DNA of 64,000 nt from Octopus vulgaris (lineage: Eukaryota). Under the pieces are notes generated by a model, which did not search any database, had not been told where the DNA came from, and saw only the letters and a list, made by a program, of their open reading frames with translations. The position numbers and the translations under genes are program-made. Positions 52,761 through 64,000 of this stretch are shown here, one piece after another. Every line of letters starts with the position of its first letter. Positions within the stretch are counted from its first letter, which is position 1. The stretch is taken from positions 128,960,001 through 129,024,000 of the forward strand of contig OX597815.1 in NCBI GenBank assembly GCA_951406725.2, read 5' to 3'.

Positions 52761-55700
52761 TAACTCTCTTAGAAAGTCACTATTTGTTTTAGTGTTTTTT
52801 CTGAGAGTCCGGTTCTAACCAGAGAAAGGGTTATTTTGTCTGAGGTGACGTCAACAACTGGTGTTTGAGAATGTGTATGGTGTTATTGTATAGCAATTTG
52901 GAGTTAGGGTTTCGAATTCTTGGGGAAGCCTGTTAATTAAACTTTTCGAATCATATGTTGTCTCTGGTCGTTTTTCGTGAATAAATCGAGTTTTCACTTT
53001 CTGATGTGTTATCATAAGATATTTAGTTGCAGTTTGTATTTTTTAATGAACATGCTTTACTTATTCAATTGGAATTGGGTTGAAGTGTTTCCGGTACAAT
53101 GATAAAGAGGGAAAATCTAGTATTTCGGATTTATGTCTGCGGGGCATTGATCTAAGTGTTTGCTTACGGAAATTTTCCTGGTCGGGGAATACCGGATCTG
53201 ATGCATGTGTACCGTCAGTCTGACCCTCAAGGTCAAGCTCGTTTGACTTATGTAGTCCCCACCACATCCACCACATTTGAGTACAGATTAAGTTCTTCCA
53301 TGCGCAAGTGAAATGATTTTTTGGTGAATATTTGGCCTGACTTAAATTTATATGTTGAACCTTCCATAAAGTTGATGCAGGTTCCGTAGTTAGGGTGGTT
53401 GCATTTTTTTATTAGTGGGGTTGTATTTGGTTGGGGGGATAATTTAGCGCTGGTCAGTAACCTTTTTAGAGATCTTGGTTGCCTTACTTTTATTAATTTT
53501 ATGTACTTCGAGCGCTTTTTCATTCGTAGGTCGTTCAGCAGGAGGTGTATATTCTGATGGATGATACTGTATGTTTCCATGTTCCTTGGATTGTGCGTTG
53601 ATACGTAAGACAAAGTTTTAAGTGTGTCAGAGAATTTCCTTGTTTTTTGTAATTCTTGGATGTCTAACGTTTTTGCACGTTCTACTCCGTTTTCGATTAA
53701 ACTAACCGGGTATTTTCTTTCTAGTAATATATTTTTAAGTTCTTGGGGTCGTTTATCGCGTGTTTCGAGAGTTGATGCAATCGCACAAACTCTTCTTGCC
53801 AAGTTAAAAGGTATATTGATTTTAGTGTGTTTTGAGTGGCAGGAAGAGAATAGTAGATATTGTTTTGAGTCCGCTGGTAGATGTCAGTTTCAATGTTAGT
53901 AACTCATTTTATGGTTAAAATGACCAGAAAGGGTAACTGTATGTGACTGTATTCCATTGTAAATTGGATATTGTGGTTAATGTTGCTAATAAAGTTTTTA
54001 AATTCAAGAGTTGATCAAGGTTGTGCAACCACAGACTGAAACAATCATCCAGTTAACGTTTTCAGTTGGCGAGTAACTATTTTTGGAAGTCGTTACCAAA
54101 TTTCACTCTGGCGTGTTCGTATATTTGGACCTTCAAGTATGCCATGATATGGTTAGCAAAAGTTGAGGCTACCCACGTTCCCATCGCAGTTCCAGAGTTT
54201 TGCCTGAAGGTATTTTCGTTGAAGTTAAAAAAGTTATTCAGTAGGATGAATTTTAGTCCCTCAGTTATAAATCTTCTTCCAATTCGGTCAGGAATGTCAT
54301 TTGGGAATTTTTCCAGCCAGAATTGTATAGCTTCTATTCCGTATTGTGAAGAATCGAAGTGTAGATGCTTATTACATCGAATGAGACCAAAAGAGAGTCT
54401 ATGCTGGTTTTGCTCGGGAGATTGTTTTAAAAATCCAGGTCATCTCTTATGAGGCTCGGTATATGCTGGAGAATGGGTTTTAGGAGGATGTCAATGAAGT
54501 TACTGAATCTGTGTGTCTCACACAAGGGACCAGCCACAATTGGCCTCATTTTGAGATCTCTTGGATGTGGAATATTTGTGACTAAATAAGTTGATCTGCT
54601 ACGGGCTTTATGGCTTCACTGTTGTGGATTTTTGGACATCCGTTAAAGTTGTTGGTTTTGCAGTCAAATCTAGCTAAGTAATCCCTTTCTTTTCCGTTAA
54701 ATCTTGTTGGAGCTAATGGAAAAGGGTGGAAAGCTTTGCTATTATTTTGGATTGACTGTAGTTGTTGATTTTTTCGTAGTAGGTATTGTATTGAAGGAAG
54801 ATTAGAGTAGCGTTTATGTATGGTTCTGAGTCCATGACGGCTATAGCATTCCTTTATCAGCTCCTTTTATAACTATATTTTGATCATCCTTGAGAATATT
54901 AGCGATTCTTCTCGGCTTGTATTTGTTTTAAATTTTCGAGGTGGGAGTAAATTATAGGGGAAATTGGATACCAAATCACAAAATTTATTTAGAGTTTGGT
55001 TTCTCCCTTTTGTCGGACAGTAGTGGTTTTACTGTGTAGTATCGAATAATCAATTTCTTTATCAAATAGTTCTGAAGTAACTCGAAGTTTTCTACAGAAT
55101 TCCTAAATATTATTCTGTATCTCATTCAAATTCGATTTTTGTGGTGTTGGAGTGAACTTCAGTCCTTTTAAGAGAATTTTGATTTGTTGGCTTGATAGGG
55201 TTTTATGAGAGAAATTTATAATCTTCGGGATCTTATATTTAGTTGGCGCCATCGAGTGTCCCGGTTTTGGCCCAGCTTGCCTAAAAAATGGTTCTTTGGT
55301 TTTTGATGTATGGAATTAGTGTTCTTGTTGATTGTCTTTCCGTTAATCTTTGATCTTTAGTGAGTTCTCGGTTGCGGTCGGTTCTGTCTAGGGTTGTAAT
55401 GGTTATATCTTGTGGTTTGGACGAATGGTCAATGTGGAAAATGTTCTCGAGCGTCGGAGGTTCCTATTTCTTCTTTGGTCTTGTCTAAAGTCATCATTAC
55501 ATCGGATGTGTCTCGAACACGGAGAGTGCCTGTCTTTCATTTGTTCCTGTTCGAAATAGTTATTCCGAGAGATGTTATGTCTGGGATGTGGGGGTTTCAT
55601 TGGGTGAGAGAGGTTTCTGTATCTTTGAAGAGGGGTATTTTGTCTTGCGGAGAAGGGTGCATTGGAATTTCCCACTTTGTGTTAATGATGGATATTTGGG

Positions 55701-56820
55701 TTGATATTCGCTGGTGCCCTGGAGATGGTATTGGTTATTCTTTGTTTGAGTTTTTTTTTCTCGTAGTAACTTTGCTCTGGTTGCATGGGATTCGTGATTC
55801 TTTATTTTCTTCAAGAAATATTGATATTCTTCTTTAAACTTTTCCTCAAACCAATCGTTTTTTCCCCCTCCCATGTTTGAAGAGAAATCACTTACTTGTT
55901 TTCACAGCTTTGTTTCCAGAGGAAAGATTGTGTTGTCAAAAAGTTGCCCTTAAGCTTTTCTCGCAATTTCAACCTGCATCTCTTCATCAATTGAATTTAA
56001 TTTTTCTTGATGAGACTGAGCCCTGAGTTTCAGGAGTTCTATCTCCATTTTGAAGTTCTCCAGAACCATTTTTCCTTAAGTTCCCTTTGTTTTTCTGGTT
56101 CACTTGGGATGGCTTTAATTTGAAGCTTTCTGGAGAGAATATGGGGAGTTCAGTTGAGCCATCTTTCTTATATCCCTGCTTTGCTATTGTTTCTGATCAT
56201 GAACCAGAAAGCGAATTTACGACTTTTGCAGTTTTGGGCCCATACTTGGAGCAAAGCTTTCTTGATATGGGAAGGCTGTTAACAGTTGATGTTTTTTCCT
56301 GTTTCAGGATTCGGATTATTTTCTAATTTATGTATAAATGAGGTTCCAAAATTTTTACAGATTTTTTCCGAGGGTTTCTGTCTGTAAGGATTGTCCTTAT
56401 TCCGGGCATATTTCTTTGGAGTCGCAGTGCGTTTTATTGAGTTTTGAGTTGATGACTTGGAGTTCACACAGGACTTTGTCGAGTGTCGTGTTCTTCTGTT
56501 GCTTGTGTTTGAGGGTCATTTTCGTACCTTGCATGGTAGATAAATATGTTAAGAAGTGTAGTCCCACACAAGAAAAAATATATAATTTGTTTTGGGCTTT
56601 GAAAATGCACTTGAATCTCAAAACTTGTAGTCGTTTTTAAATTTTGTAATAGAACTATTCAAATACCAAACCGGTTTTGACGGGTTTTTGCTTATCAATG
56701 GTACAAATATACAAATATATAAATAAAGGGTTTAGGAGAGTTTAAAGCTACAAGGTAAAAATCAGACAAACATATTTAAATGATCAAATGTTCAAATGTT
56801 CATAGAAATTTCAATGAGTT
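52761..56820 (-). mobile_element. Penelope-like retroelement (Neptune-type), near full length, pseudogenised RT + GIY-YIG
   Basis: Broken minus-strand frames give LLKGLKFTPTP (~55160), KGADKG (~54855), RPIVAGP (~54535), LVSFDVISIY (~54375), GTAMGT (~54185), R*LDDCF (~54050), KCNHPNYGTC linker and CGGCGGDYISQT..LRVRLTVH..QI endonuclease (~53260); many stops and frameshifts. Confidence 0.9.
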
Positions 56821-56837
56821 TCACAGATATATATAAG

Positions 56838-56985
56838 ACGAGCTTCTTTCAATTTCCATCTCCCAAATCCACTCAGAAGGCTTTTCTCAACTCGAGTCTA
56901 TAGTAGAAAATACTAGCGCAACGTACCACACAATGGGACCCAGAACCATATGGTTGGGATGCAAACTTCTTATCACACAGTAACA
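56838..56985 (-). mobile_element. SINE family A, diverged 5' half
   Basis: Similarity to the other copies. Confidence 0.7.
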
Positions 56986-57058
56986 CTTGAATCTAACTGT
57001 AGCTACGTAGATGTGAGTAGATATTGACACTCTCATGGTCCTCCCACTCTTCACACAG

Positions 57059-57123
57059 AGGAATATTGGGAATGTGACAGTGGGAGGACGAGAGTACATC
57101 TGCGAGGTGTTTTGCCCGAAGCT
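57059..57123 (+). CDS. Candidate coding exon 3
   Basis: CTCTTCACACAG|...CT|GTAAGG; phase 0/2. Confidence 0.2.
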
Positions 57124-57249
57124 GTAAGGATTCGGCCAATCCACGCCTCTTTAATGGAATTGTATGTTGTTGTAATTATAGCTAGAGCCCTAGGATGTTG
57201 GGTCAAATATTTTAACCAGTAAACCACGCACCGTCACTGCTGAAGTACT

Positions 57250-57480
57250 GATGAGCTGGCAGAAACGTTAGCACGCCGGGCGAAATGCCTAGCGGTATTT
57301 CGTCTGCATTACGTTCTGAGTTCAAATTCCGCCGAGGTCGACTTTGCCTTTCATCCTTTCGGGGTCAATTAAATAAGTACCAGTTAATCACTAGGATCGA
57401 CGTAATCGACGTAATCCCCTTGTCTGTCCTTGTTTGTACCCTCTATGTTTAGTCTTCTGTGGGCAATAAAGAGATAAATA
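57250..57480 (+). mobile_element. SINE family B monomer
   Basis: Similarity to the other copies. Confidence 0.9.
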
Positions 57481-57605
57481 ATTTGAGAGTGAATTCATGC
57501 ATGACGAATCATGTGGGAAGAGCGTAATAGAAAAGAAAGAGGGCGAGGAAGAAGACCATAAAGAAGAGCAAATAGAGACAGAGGAACATTAAAAAACATT
57601 ACATA

Positions 57606-57666
<61 letters not shown>

Positions 57667-57684
57667 TGAGTGAGTGTGTCTTAG

Positions 57685-57813
57685 ATACTGGCAGGGTATA
57701 AGCGTAGGGTATTTCCAGAAATGCACTCAACTCGAGTTCTGGGCTATCAACAATGTCAGGTTCCAGACCAATGCCGAAATTCTTCAACTGCAGAAAATGT
57801 TGGTTTCACCTCG
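57685..57813 (+). CDS. Candidate coding exon 4
   Basis: (TG)n-TCTTAG|...CG|GTAAGA; phase 2/2. Confidence 0.25.
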
Positions 57814-58385
57814 GTAAGACCGTTGTGTGGGTATGGCGAAGAGTAAATTATAATCTAAATAATAAGAAAACAAAAAAATTCTTTAACCCATCTTAAATGA
57901 TTCGTTACTATTGTTTCTGTACCAACTTCGAATTTTTGCGTTAACTGGCGTTGGAAGCAAAGCTCGTACAGAACCAATTGTTACGGATCATTAAAGAAGT
58001 TTTAAAGCATTTCTTTGCCTTCTTATTTGGATTACACGCACGCAAGCACATACATACACACACATGCACGCACACACGTGCACATGCACACACACACACA
58101 CACACACACACATAAAGACAGAGCAGAAGAAAGATCACAAAGAGAGGATATAGTAGAAAAGAAAGAAGTTTAGAGAAACATTAAGAAACAGTGACATGTA
58201 GTATGAGATGGCGGAAAGAAAGAAAGGAAGAAAGAAAGAAAGAAGGAAGGAAAGTTAAGGGTGATGCGGTAAAGAGATAAGATAAGGTAAACGGTGAGAA
58301 AGTTTCACATGGTTGACCTGTCTGTCTAGATTGTTAGATTAATTGCGAATTACATGATGTTTCCTTGAGATTCCTTGTTCTGTAG

Positions 58386-58485
58386 CATCTCTTATGACAG
58401 AAAACACAAAGTGTCTGAAATTGGTCGTGATATGGCGCTGTTTAAAGCAGATTCGTATCTGGCACAGTTCCGTTCAGGGCCATGA
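58386..58485 (+). CDS. Candidate terminal coding exon
   Basis: TTCCTTGTTCTGTAG|; phase-2 start; ends TGA. Confidence 0.2.
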
Positions 58486-59192
58486 AAGCTTGGTGTTCGG
58501 GGTGAATTAGAAGTTCCGAGTCGGAGAAACTAAATCACTACCACCACCACCACCACCACCACCGTTATCGTCCCTGACATCATTATAATCAATCGGCGAT
58601 ACAACCTCACACACACACGTACATATATATGTATATATGGAATAATTACTATGAAGCATTGTGTAGATTATATTGTATAAAGGACCGTGGGTAAGACCAG
58701 AACAATGTGAAATAATGCAAGACAAATCACAAGAAAACAAATATATGAATTAATGTAGACTGAATGCAAGGTAAGTAAAAAATATATGAGCAATAAAACT
58801 ATAAACCAATATCTCTATAAATACGTAAAAATATTTAAAAAATACTTACGAAATATAAGTAAAAAGTATAGAGATATAAAAAGCTTGTATGTGGACACAA
58901 TATTGACAGTAGTCTTATCTGTAATCTCGGGGGGACCAGAAACGTAACAAATATTTAGCCATATATGGACATGATCCGAAAAGTTCAGTTCTTGAATTTA
59001 GACATGTGGCGGGTTCTAAGCTGCTTTTCCAGATGAGCCATCTTTCCATATCACAAAGACCGGTCTTTATTATATAATCCTTATCTTATATATATATTTC
59101 TTTCCTTCTTTCCTGAGCGTCCAATAATACTATATTTGTTCCACGTCCTCGCGTTGCTGTGTTTTTTCTGTGCTTTCTTGTTTGGATTAACT

Positions 59193-59259
<67 letters not shown>

Positions 59260-59263
<4 letters not shown>

Positions 59264-59356
59264 TGGCATCTTGGGCAAGTGTCTTCTGCTTTAGCCTCGG
59301 GCCGACCAAAGCCTTGTGAGTGGATTTGGTAGATGGAAACTGAAAGAAGCCTGTCG

Positions 59357-59389
<33 letters not shown>

Positions 59390-59615
59390 GTATGTGTGTG
59401 TATATGTTTGTGTGTCTGTGTTTGTCCCTCTAGCATTGCTTGACAACCGATGCTGGTGTGTTTACGTCCCCGTCAGTTAGTGATTCGGCAAAAGAGACCG
59501 ATAGAATAAGTACTGGGCTTTCAAAGAATAAGTCCCAGGGTCGATTTGCTCAACTAAAGGTGGTGCTCCAGCATGGCCGCAATCAAATGACTGAAACAAG
59601 TAAAAGAGTAAAAGA
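59260..59615 (+). mobile_element. SINE family A, 5'-truncated
   Basis: Similarity to the other copies. Confidence 0.9.
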
Positions 59616-59789
59616 TATATATATATATATATATATATATATCCTTTAAATCTTAAGAAGGTCTTGCAGTTATCATGTTCATCTGTAGCTCATGATTAAG
59701 GATTTGCATCCTCTCCCTAAAATTCAGATATACTTTGCTCCATACGATTTGGTATGTATCCTGCCGCACCAATAATAACATAAGGCAAC

Positions 59790-61655
59790 AAAGATTTTCT
59801 TACAGATGACCAAATATGCGTTCCTGGCTAAGATCGGTTGGCTGATTTCAAATCTAAAGTTAGATTTCTTCGATCACGTGTAGATGTTGTGCAAAATGCA
59901 AATCGCTTAGTTAAATTTCCTGATTTTAATTTTAATCAGCTTAATGCCAGCAATATGAAACTTGCTTTTCAAAGTTAAAGCAATTTTTATAACCAACTTT
60001 ATGCAAATTCTAACGATTTTGATCAATAAAATTTATCCTGAGTTGTCAACACTGAGTTAAAAGCATAGTAATGGCCCAACGGTCAGTCGCTACAAGACAA
60101 ACAAGTTGAGCGGTTATTGAAACTCTCTGCTGGTAAGCAAGTAACAGACTGTGATAACTTGTGTTATTTTATAACACTTATTTTATACTAAGCTGTGTAT
60201 TTCTTTTTATTTCGTACATCGTAATTATTACTTTCTACATTTTTTCCTGATATTATAAGGCAATTAAATTGCAATCAAATTGATTTATATGATTTAATGT
60301 AAATTACCCAGACAACTGCTGTATCTGTGAACAATATACACCTAAGCAACAACATAGAAACATAACAAAAATTAAACTTGCCTACAAGTATTATTTTGAC
60401 TGTTAGTTAGGAGAGCAAGAGAGGGACTATGTACCACATATTTGCTGTGCACAGTGCAATGCAATGTTAATAGTTTGGATGAATTGTTTGGTGTGAGCAG
60501 AAAAATCACTTCAATGATTGTTATTTTTGTTTGACAAAGATTGCTGGTTTCACAATGAGAAACAAATCAAAATCATGTACCCAAACTGCGAATCAACAAC
60601 AAAACTAGTATCACATGAAACAAATCCACCACCAATTCCACTAGCAACGACAAAGACAACATCTGAAGATTCTGCTAGTGATATAGAAATAGGGAAAGAT
60701 GGTGTATATGTTCCTCACATTTGTTAAGCCAAGCGGGGTTAAATGACTTTATGCGTGATTTGGAATTATTAGAAGGAAAGGCAGAGTTGACTGGTTCCAG
60801 ATTTCAAGAATGGAATTTAGTCCGGTCAAACACCAAAGTTTCCCATTTCTGCTATCACCATTTGCAGTTTTCATCATTTTAGTTACAGGTAAGTGTAGGA
60901 GTGGCTGTGTGGTAAGTAGCTTGCTTACCAACTACTTGGTTCCGGGTTCAGTCCTACTGTGTGGAACCTTGGGCAAGTGTCTTCTACTATAGTCTCGGGC
61001 CGACCAAAGCCTTGTGAGTGGATTTGGTAGATGGAAACTGAAAGAAGCCCGTCGTATATATGTATGTGTGTGTGAGTATGTGCGTGCGTGTGTGTGTGTT
61101 TGTGTGTCTGTGTTTGTCCCCCCAACATTGCTTGACAACCGATGCTGGTGTGTTTACGTTCCCGTAATTTAGCGGTTCGGCAAAAAAGAGACCGATAGAA
61201 TAAGTACTGGTCTTACAAAGAATAAATCCTGGGGTCGATTTGCTCGACTAAAGGTGGTGCTCCAGCATGGCCACAGTCAAATGACTAAAACAAGTAAAAG
61301 AGTAAAAGAGGTGGTAAACGTTTGTTTCTGCCGCGATACCAGTAGCCTGATGGAAATGATTGACTTTCGCTATGATCCAAAAGAATGGAGACTGTTCATT
61401 GGCTCTAGCAAAGCTAGCCTTAAAGCTGTATTATTGCACAACGGCAATGTAAAACCTTCACCCTTGTTCACTAATTATTTAAGTATGCTTAACATAAAAC
61501 GTAGCACGGAAAAGTAGCTTAGACGATTTCCGCAACAGAAGCGGGTGGGAAAAAAATGAAAACTAAGGGTTTTCAGTTCCCCCAAATCTGGAAGTAATAG
61601 AAAAATTTAGATATCAGGTCTAAAATTAGCATCAGAAATTTGGTAGGAATCAATA
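59790..61655 (+). mobile_element. Decayed DNA transposon (WRLFIDSS-type transposase; superfamily not assigned)
   Basis: VPHICCAQC, KNHFNDCYFC, YPNCES, LNDFMRDL..KAELTGSR..WNL, EWRLFIGSSKASLKAVLLHNGN; SINE nested at 60893-61309. Confidence 0.7.
60893..61309 (+). mobile_element. SINE family A, full length
   Basis: Similarity to the other copies. Confidence 0.9.
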
Positions 61656-61659
61656 GTTC

Positions 61660-63960
61660 ACATGTCTGTAACAAAAAAGCTGAAATTTGTTGCCTATGTA
61701 ATAGGTATGGAACTGAAAGTGTATCTTGGGTACTAGATTTGCAAACTCCTTATCAATGGTCCATAGATGTCCTCTTTCTTTTGTATTTTCTCTGTTATAT
61801 CCACATTCTTGTCCAGGGGTAAGTGATTTACACAACAGAACATATCTTTTCTTTGTGATCCCACACAACGATATCTAGTCGGTTGTGTTTTAACTTGGTG
61901 ATTGTTCTAAATTTCAAGTTTCACCATTATTCTTTTGACCGGTCGGTCTCAATAAGGTCAACTTCGTTTGTAGGTATTCTCTTTTTTCTGTTATGTTCCA
62001 GACTGTTCTGGCCACCGCATCATGTTTCATGGGAAGATAATATCTAGAAGATAATCTCTCACATTCGACAATAATGTGGTTGAAGTCTCCGGTCTTGGTA
62101 TTGCACATCCTACATTTGCTGTCTGTCAACGTTTTCTGCCTTTTATATTGTAGTTACTTGGTGGGGATCTTTTGTTCCTGGATTGCATGGATGTAGCCTT
62201 CAAAGTGGGATGTGATGATATTGTCTGTACTCTATGCGAAGCTGTTGGCATGATCGATCCCTTCTATGGTTTGTATTATACGTGCCAAGTTCCCAAGTAC
62301 TATCTTCTCAATGAACTGGTTCATTTTTGTTTTCCTGTCGTTCTGACAATTAGATTTTACCAATGTTTTTTGGTGAGAGTTCTGTATCAGTTCTTATTTC
62401 ACATCTCTCCTTAAGTTCATTAGCTATCCTAACAATGTTGCTGGTCTTGGGCCAGATAGTTCCTGATCTCTTTCTTCTACTGTAAATGTTGTTTCAGTGT
62501 CACAATCTATGCTTCATATGACGTCAAAGCAGATTTGAAAACACGGCCACCTCCCTTGCGCTGGATCTATAGCCTGTCTACACCACCATTGATGTTGAAG
62601 TTTCCTGTAACACTGAGCAGCTTGCAAGTTCGAACATCTGCCTCATTGATTTCTTGTAGTGACCAGTTCAGAAGGCGAAACGTAGGTGTAAGGACAGGCA
62701 CTGCAAAAATATTGTGGGTAGTATGTATGTCTGTATGTATGTGTGTGTGCATGGGCTCAGTGGTTAGAGCGTCGAGCTTACGATCGTGAGGTTGTGAGCT
62801 CGAATCCCGGACCGGGCTGCGTGTTGTGTTCTTGAGCAAGACACTTTATTTCACGTTGCTCCAGTTCTCTCAGCTGTAGAAATGAGTTGCGACGTCACAG
62901 GTGCCAAGCTGTATCGGCCCTTGCCTTTCCCTTGGACAACATCGGTGATGTGGAGAGGGGAGACCGGTATGCATGGGCGACTGCTGGTCTTCCATAAAAC
63001 AACCTTGCCCAGACTTGTGCCTCAGAAGGTAACTCTCTAGGTGCAAACCCATGGTCAGTGTCTGACCGAAGGGGCTCATTAATGTATGTATGTATGTATG
63101 TATGTATGTATGTATGTATGTATGTATGTATGTATGTATGTATGTATGGTAATTAATGTCAAGAAATAATGATGCAAGAATATTGATTATATTCTGTATA
63201 TAAAGATTTGTTTTGTTTTTGTTTTTTTTCCCTTGCAAAACAAAGAGCAAAATAGCATCTCTTGCTGTGGTGCAGTTATACTTCTTTCTTTGAGTTCCAG
63301 ATGAAAATTCTTGTATTTATCATTAAATTTAATCTTGGCAGGTATTGACGGTTTTTGTGATGGCGGCAATAGTAGTGGTGGAATATATGTATGAATCTAT
63401 TTACAGATAGGTAGATTTGGTTGGTGAATGTCAAAACTGCATTATGTCTACAGATATAAAGCAGTATTGGTAACAAGAACCGAACCACCGACCTGTCCGT
63501 TGGATGTCTAGGAATTTATTGATACGGTCATCCATACGGTCAAGTGCAGTATGATCCAAAATTCAAGGTTGAATTTTTCCTTATGTCGACTTTACTATTC
63601 ATTGCTCTGGAATCGATAATGTATATACTCATATTTTCATCTCCTATATTCTTCCTACTTCTGGAACAAGCAGTAACAATGTGAAATAATATGGTGGTAT
63701 TATTCACTGGGAGTGGTCACGTTTTCAGAGAATTCCGTATAGAAAATATCTTTTGCTTCTTTTTGTCACTACAGAACTTCGAAACAATTGATAGAAGCAA
63801 GGCGTTTTAGATATTCTGAAACTATTTAAGCATTTTTGATATTGCAAAATTTATGTTACATGCTGGCTGCTTCAAAAGGGAAGTGGCAGAGAGAAATGCT
63901 CACGGTCACCACAGTGATGCTAGCATTAATATAAACAAGCACGCTTTCCCTCAACTATTA
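61660..63960 (-). mobile_element. Decayed R4/Dong-like non-LTR element interrupted by a SINE
   Basis: NIFAVPVLT..W..EI..D.RTCKLL..VDRL..RKGGGR; CRMC..HIIVEC..Y..KHDAVAR; QPTRYRCVG (PD motif region). Limits are approximate. Confidence 0.7.
62747..63077 (+). mobile_element. SINE family C (tRNA-derived, CORE-like)
   Basis: A box GGCTCAGTGG, B box AGCTCGAATCC, CTTGAGCAAGACACTT; followed by (ATGT)n. Confidence 0.9.
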
Positions 63961-64000
63961 ATTAAAATATATAGAATATTTAGACACATAAACTTGTAGA

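Noticed and set aside
57245-57280. CTGATGA-GCTGGCA-GAAA-CGTT hammerhead look-alike
   Set aside because: Junction of flank and SINE B head (GGCGAGCTGGCAGAAACGTT); no stem I.
62747-62820. tRNA gene
   Set aside because: tRNA-like head continues into a SINE body that is also present at 26236-26560.

Overview
AT-rich, microsatellite-dense animal genomic DNA; the SINE families present point to an octopus/cephalopod (inferred from sequence recognition, not from a search). No host gene is confidently identified, only a low-confidence chain of spliced exons on the + strand. The window is mostly transposon remnants: three tRNA-derived SINE families, CR1-group LINEs (one young), RTE, CRE-like and R4/Dong-like non-LTR relics, mariner/pogo/hAT MITEs, Helitron-like elements and two Penelope-like elements (Neptune-type and Naiad-type). 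The main finding is a set of about 9-10 short, mostly unrelated, often microsatellite-flanked non-coding units carrying type-I minimal hammerhead ribozyme (HHR) motifs. Several form foldbacks whose axis lies at the ribozyme core, and one has a G3:C8-swapped core. Coordinates were read by eye; those of decayed elements may be off by tens of bp.
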